From Candidatus Latescibacterota bacterium (lineage in GTDB: Bacteria > Latescibacterota > UBA2968 > GCA-2709665), in the NCBI GenBank assembly GCA_965205485.1, contig OZ242180.1, positions 3,424,001 through 3,488,000 of the forward strand: a stretch of DNA of 64,000 nt, written 5' to 3'. The position numbers and the translations under genes were made by a program. This document shows positions 60,654 to 64,000 of this stretch, in pieces (within the stretch, counting starts at the first letter, position 1; every line of letters starts with the position of its first letter). The notes beneath the pieces were generated by a model, which saw only the letters and a list, made by a program, of their open reading frames with translations, had not been told where the DNA came from and did no database searches.

Positions 60654-61427
60654 GTGGATACCTTTATTAAGTCAGGAACCAGGTTTCACATCGAGGTCGG
60701 GATATCGTCTATGCCCGGACTTGTACGATGGACGACCTGGGGAAATCACGACATTCAACAGTCCTATCTGCTCTCCGCACGCGATGGAGCAGTTCTTGTT
60801 GATCCGATACAGCCGATAGGCAGACAGGCTCTGAATGCCCTGAAAAAATACGCCGACGGTCGATTCCAGGCTGTAATCTGCACGAGTCCGAACCATGAAC
60901 GCGATGCTGAGTGGTTCCGCGAACGTTTCAGGATACCGGTATACGGCCCTGAGCCCGCTCCTGCCCGTTCCCGCATAAGACTGAAGTCGGATGTACTATA
61001 TCGAGATGGGGAAATCCTTCCCGGGAACATTCGAGCGATCTGGTCAGGGGATAGGCGAGGTGAGATGTGGCTGCATCGGGAGACCTTCAACGCATCCGGG
61101 GTTCTGATTTGCGCAGACTCGATTTACGGTCAGTCCCGGAGGGGAGGCTTCGACGGTGCGACCGTATCGTATTGGATGCGGGAGGGCGGCATTCGGCTGC
61201 AAATGGATGGGGACGTCGGTCGTGGCGAAATGAAGCGCCGGTTTGAACGTCTTGTCGATTTCGACTTTGAGATTGTCCTCAACGGTCACAACCCGCGTCC
61301 TATTGAGAATGCGAAATCCGCCCTCGAGACAGCGCTGACTCAGGGTGAATATGAGACGCATCCCAAGGGCGCATTCAGTGTTATAGAGGCAGAATTATCC
61401 TGTCCCGGCAGACATGACGAGTCGTGA
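60654..61427 (+). CDS. Metallo-beta-lactamase-fold-like protein (degenerate motif)
   Basis: VLVDP, TSPNHERD, CAD, NGH; start uncertain. Confidence 0.6.
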   Translation: MDTFIKSGTRFHIEVGISSMPGLVRWTTWGNHDIQQSYLLSARDGAVLVDPIQPIGRQALNALKKYADGRFQAVICTSPNHERDAEWFRERFRIPVYGPEPAPARSRIRLKSDVLYRDGEILPGNIRAIWSGDRRGEMWLHRETFNASGVLICADSIYGQSRRGGFDGATVSYWMREGGIRLQMDGDVGRGEMKRRFERLVDFDFEIVLNGHNPRPIENAKSALETALTQGEYETHPKGAFSVIEAELSCPGRHDES

Positions 61428-61932
61428 AACAGAAATCGATTCTGCTGTAATTCGTCGCGCCAGATCTGACGAAGCACCCAAACTCACCGCTCTGTCCCGC
61501 AGGTCCAAGGGATACTGGCGATATGATGATGCTTTCCTCTCGGCGTGCGAAAAAGAGCTATCGGTTTCTGAAGCAGAATTGGCGCACAATCCTGCATATG
61601 TGATCGAAGAATCCGGACGAGTAATCGGATTCTATATCCTCCAACCGCGCTCCACAAGCGATGTCGAGTTGACGTTTCTCTTTGTTGAGCCGGTTGAAAT
61701 CGGACGTGGAAACGGGGGACGTCTGATGCGTCATGCCATATCAACAGCATCAAACCTGGAATTCAGGACGATGCACATTCAAGGCGACCCGCATGCCGAC
61801 GGGTTCTATCTTGCAATGGGCGCCCGGAAGATCGGTACCAGACGTTCACAGAGCATTCCGGAACGCGAACTGCCTCTTTACAACATTGACCTGGACGTCA
61901 GGGAAGCGTCGTCTGATTTGCAGAGTGAGTGA
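61414..61932 (+). CDS. GNAT family N-acetyltransferase
   Basis: RSKGYWRY, LFVEP..GRGNG, DPHADGFY..MGA. Confidence 0.9.
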   Translation: MTSRETEIDSAVIRRARSDEAPKLTALSRRSKGYWRYDDAFLSACEKELSVSEAELAHNPAYVIEESGRVIGFYILQPRSTSDVELTFLFVEPVEIGRGNGGRLMRHAISTASNLEFRTMHIQGDPHADGFYLAMGARKIGTRRSQSIPERELPLYNIDLDVREASSDLQSE

Positions 61933-61948
61933 ATTTTCATTCCGGCCG

Positions 61949-62040
61949 CCCTTCGCCGACCCTTCGACCCTTCGACAATCCTTCGGCAGGCTCTGGACAA
62001 CGGCTCAGGGACCGCAAGCTCAGGGAGCGGCTCCGGGCGC
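61949..62040. repeat. REP family 4 cluster
   Basis: CTTCGCCGACCCTTCGACCCTTCGACA..GCTCAGGGAGCGGCTC similar to 26453-26515. Confidence 0.8.
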
Positions 62041-62156
62041 CTGCTCTGGATAGGCTCTCGTACGACATGCTCTGTTCCCGGGCTCAACAGAAAGACGCCG
62101 CCGTGATGGCCGCGCCTTGATTTGTCTCGATTAGCCTATCTGTTGAGATTACCGTT

Positions 62157-63430
62157 CTAATCGATCTTTCCGTGCCTGCGAAGCACGGCGTCGATATCGT
62201 CCAGCCCGTTCCCTTCCTGGTTCCCTCGAACTTCAATCCCGCGTTCAGCAGCATGTCGATCACGGCCGGATAGTCGGCACCGGGTCTCGGCGAATTGATC
62301 GCGAAATGCAGAACCGTGCCCATGGCGGTGCCGCCGAACTCGTTCCGCAATTCGAGCGAGGGGCCGCGATCGAGGATCATGGCCATGGTGTCGAGATGTC
62401 CCTGGGAAGCGGCCCACATCAGGGCGGTCATCTTCCACGTGCCCTGCGCGTCCACGTCCGCGCCCTTTGCCAGCAAGTATTCGGCAATGTCTGTCCGGCC
62501 GAACCGGCAGGCATCTTCAAACGCGGCTGCAAGTTCCGCCTCAGATACGCCCCGTTCTTCAACGAACTCCCTCGTCAGGTCCAACCGGCCCAGTCCCGCG
62601 GCCATTGCGACCGTCTTTACCTCCGCCCCCAGGCGCACCAGTGCGGCGGCCGATTCGGGATAACCGAATTTAAGGGCCAGACGTACCGGCGCGTCGTCTC
62701 CTTTCACGCCATTCACTTTGGATCCCGCCTTCACGAATATCTTAATCAGTTCCGTCGCCACACCCATATGATGCGGATGTACGCTGGTGACCAGCGCCAA
62801 CATGGGAGTGTCATCCGAATTGCCCATCCCGCACAGGGCGTCCACCTCCGCGCCGGCATCCAGCAATAGCCGCGCGATTTCGGGCGCATTGGCGGGCGAC
62901 CGCTGGCGAAAGTCCTCGATGCCGTTGGCCGCGAGGTAATACAACAGCGTCGCCCTGTGGATGCGCGCCGAACGGGCGTGGGCCAAAGCCGGGTTTTCGC
63001 GCAAGAGCGACCGGAGTCTGGCGAGGTCTCCATCGACCACGGCGTCGGCCGCGACCTCGAACTCGGCTCCCTCCGAAGTTTGGCGCGTTTCATCGTCGCA
63101 GAACCTGACGAATGCATCCCAACCCACAAAGCTGTGGGCATGCGCAATGAGAGCCTGGGCATCGGCCAGCTCAAACCCGGCGCCACCTTCCCTAGCCTCC
63201 TCCGACGTCTCGCGGGCGCTTTTTTCGACTTCGCCTATAGCCCGTTCCCAACTTCCCCGCACAAAGTCCGTCAGGTCGGGTCCGGAACTTCGGACGATCG
63301 ACTCGAGCCACTCGCCGCACCGCTCGGTCAGTGCGTTGGCATTCTCCGACTGTGCTGCCTCGACGAGTTCCTCAGCGAGCTTTGTATAATCTTTGAGAAC
63401 TGGCCGTGCGGGTAGTGGGAGTGTGTCCAT
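62157..63430 (-). CDS. Ankyrin repeat protein (probable 1-nt frameshift near 62205)
   Basis: LLDAGAEVD, YLLAKGADVD, TALMWAA; the likely C-terminus LDDIDAVLRRHG is in the adjacent frame ending at 62157. Confidence 0.85.
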
Positions 63431-63466
63431 GCAATGGTCCAATCGATAGAGTGTGGCACGAAGTGA

Positions 63467-63500
63467 TTAGCTGTCAGCTATCAGCCGTCAGCAATCAGCT
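63467..63500 (+). repeat. 7-bp tandem repeat (consensus TCAGCnn)
   Basis: TTAGCTG TCAGCTA TCAGCCG TCAGCAA TCAGCT; shorter copy near 9141. Confidence 0.7.
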
Positions 63501-63625
63501 TAAAACAGAAACCGAATCAGGTGACGACCGTGCCATTATGTGGACGACCGCGAAAGGCGAACATCTTCCCCCGGGCCACAACAGAAAAAGCGAAACCGGT
63601 CTGATATCAAACTTAAAAAATCGCG

Positions 63626-63895
63626 GCCGCTGTTTCAAGCATTATGCCCTAGCGCGGCTTCCCTTTGCACAACCGTAGCCAAATAGGTGGTCGGGTACGC
63701 TCGCGCCGGTTTGATGGACCAATCACTCCCCCTTGAGGGGGAGTCGCAGAAGCCGAGCCGTCCCCTGAGCCGTTGTCCTGAGCCTGCCGAAGGGTTGTCG
63801 AAGGGTCGGCGACGGCTGATGCGGTGGGGGGATTCCAACACCATTCCGTATGCAAGCAGCATGATTAAACATGCACGCATTTTCGTTGAAGTCTT
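63626..63895 (+). mobile_element. Composite MITE/REP element A, copy 4 (most complete)
   Basis: Full upstream arm, palindrome, nested units and downstream arm. Confidence 0.85.
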
Positions 63896-64000
63896 ACTGT
63901 ATTACTGCAAGCCCGTTTTTCAGTTAAAATTACGAAGCATAGTGGTTTTGAAGCGATTGTGTTATATTGATGACGCGGCTGCGATCGTCGAATTGGCCGG

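Noticed and set aside
1..64000. Prophage, integrase, transposase, rRNA or tRNA
   Set aside because: No ORF with recognisable recombinase, DDE/HUH transposase or phage structural motifs, and no RNA gene recognised by eye.

Overview
Bacterial accessory region with no rRNA, tRNA, CRISPR array, integrase or transposase. From 73 to 61932, about 69 mostly short, functionally unrelated genes and gene stubs all lie on the + strand. They include 7 SAM methyltransferases, 6 GNATs, 5 VOC proteins, 3 NUDIX hydrolases, 3 sulfotransferases, 2 APH-like kinases, 3 nucleotidyltransferases, an AAC(3), an McrA-like HNH, an atypical Sir2 and decayed toxin-antitoxin pairs. The run ends at a convergent minus-strand ankyrin gene. 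Content and orientation resemble a large integron cassette array, but I found no complete attC site, only eroded half-sites. The spacers instead carry several REP/MITE families. One GTAG-type REP family marks gene boundaries: 51104-51159 is an apparent 'empty site' equal to the two flanks of the sulfotransferase gene at 54114-54914 joined at a 7-bp GTGAAAC repeat, and an 18-bp direct repeat brackets the gene at 4427-4918. This suggests, as inference only, a cassette array remodelled by a REP-linked or microhomology mechanism. Gene content is reminiscent of Latescibacterota/Poribacteria/Gemmatimonadota-like bacteria (not verified). All product calls come from motif recognition by eye; no searches were run.
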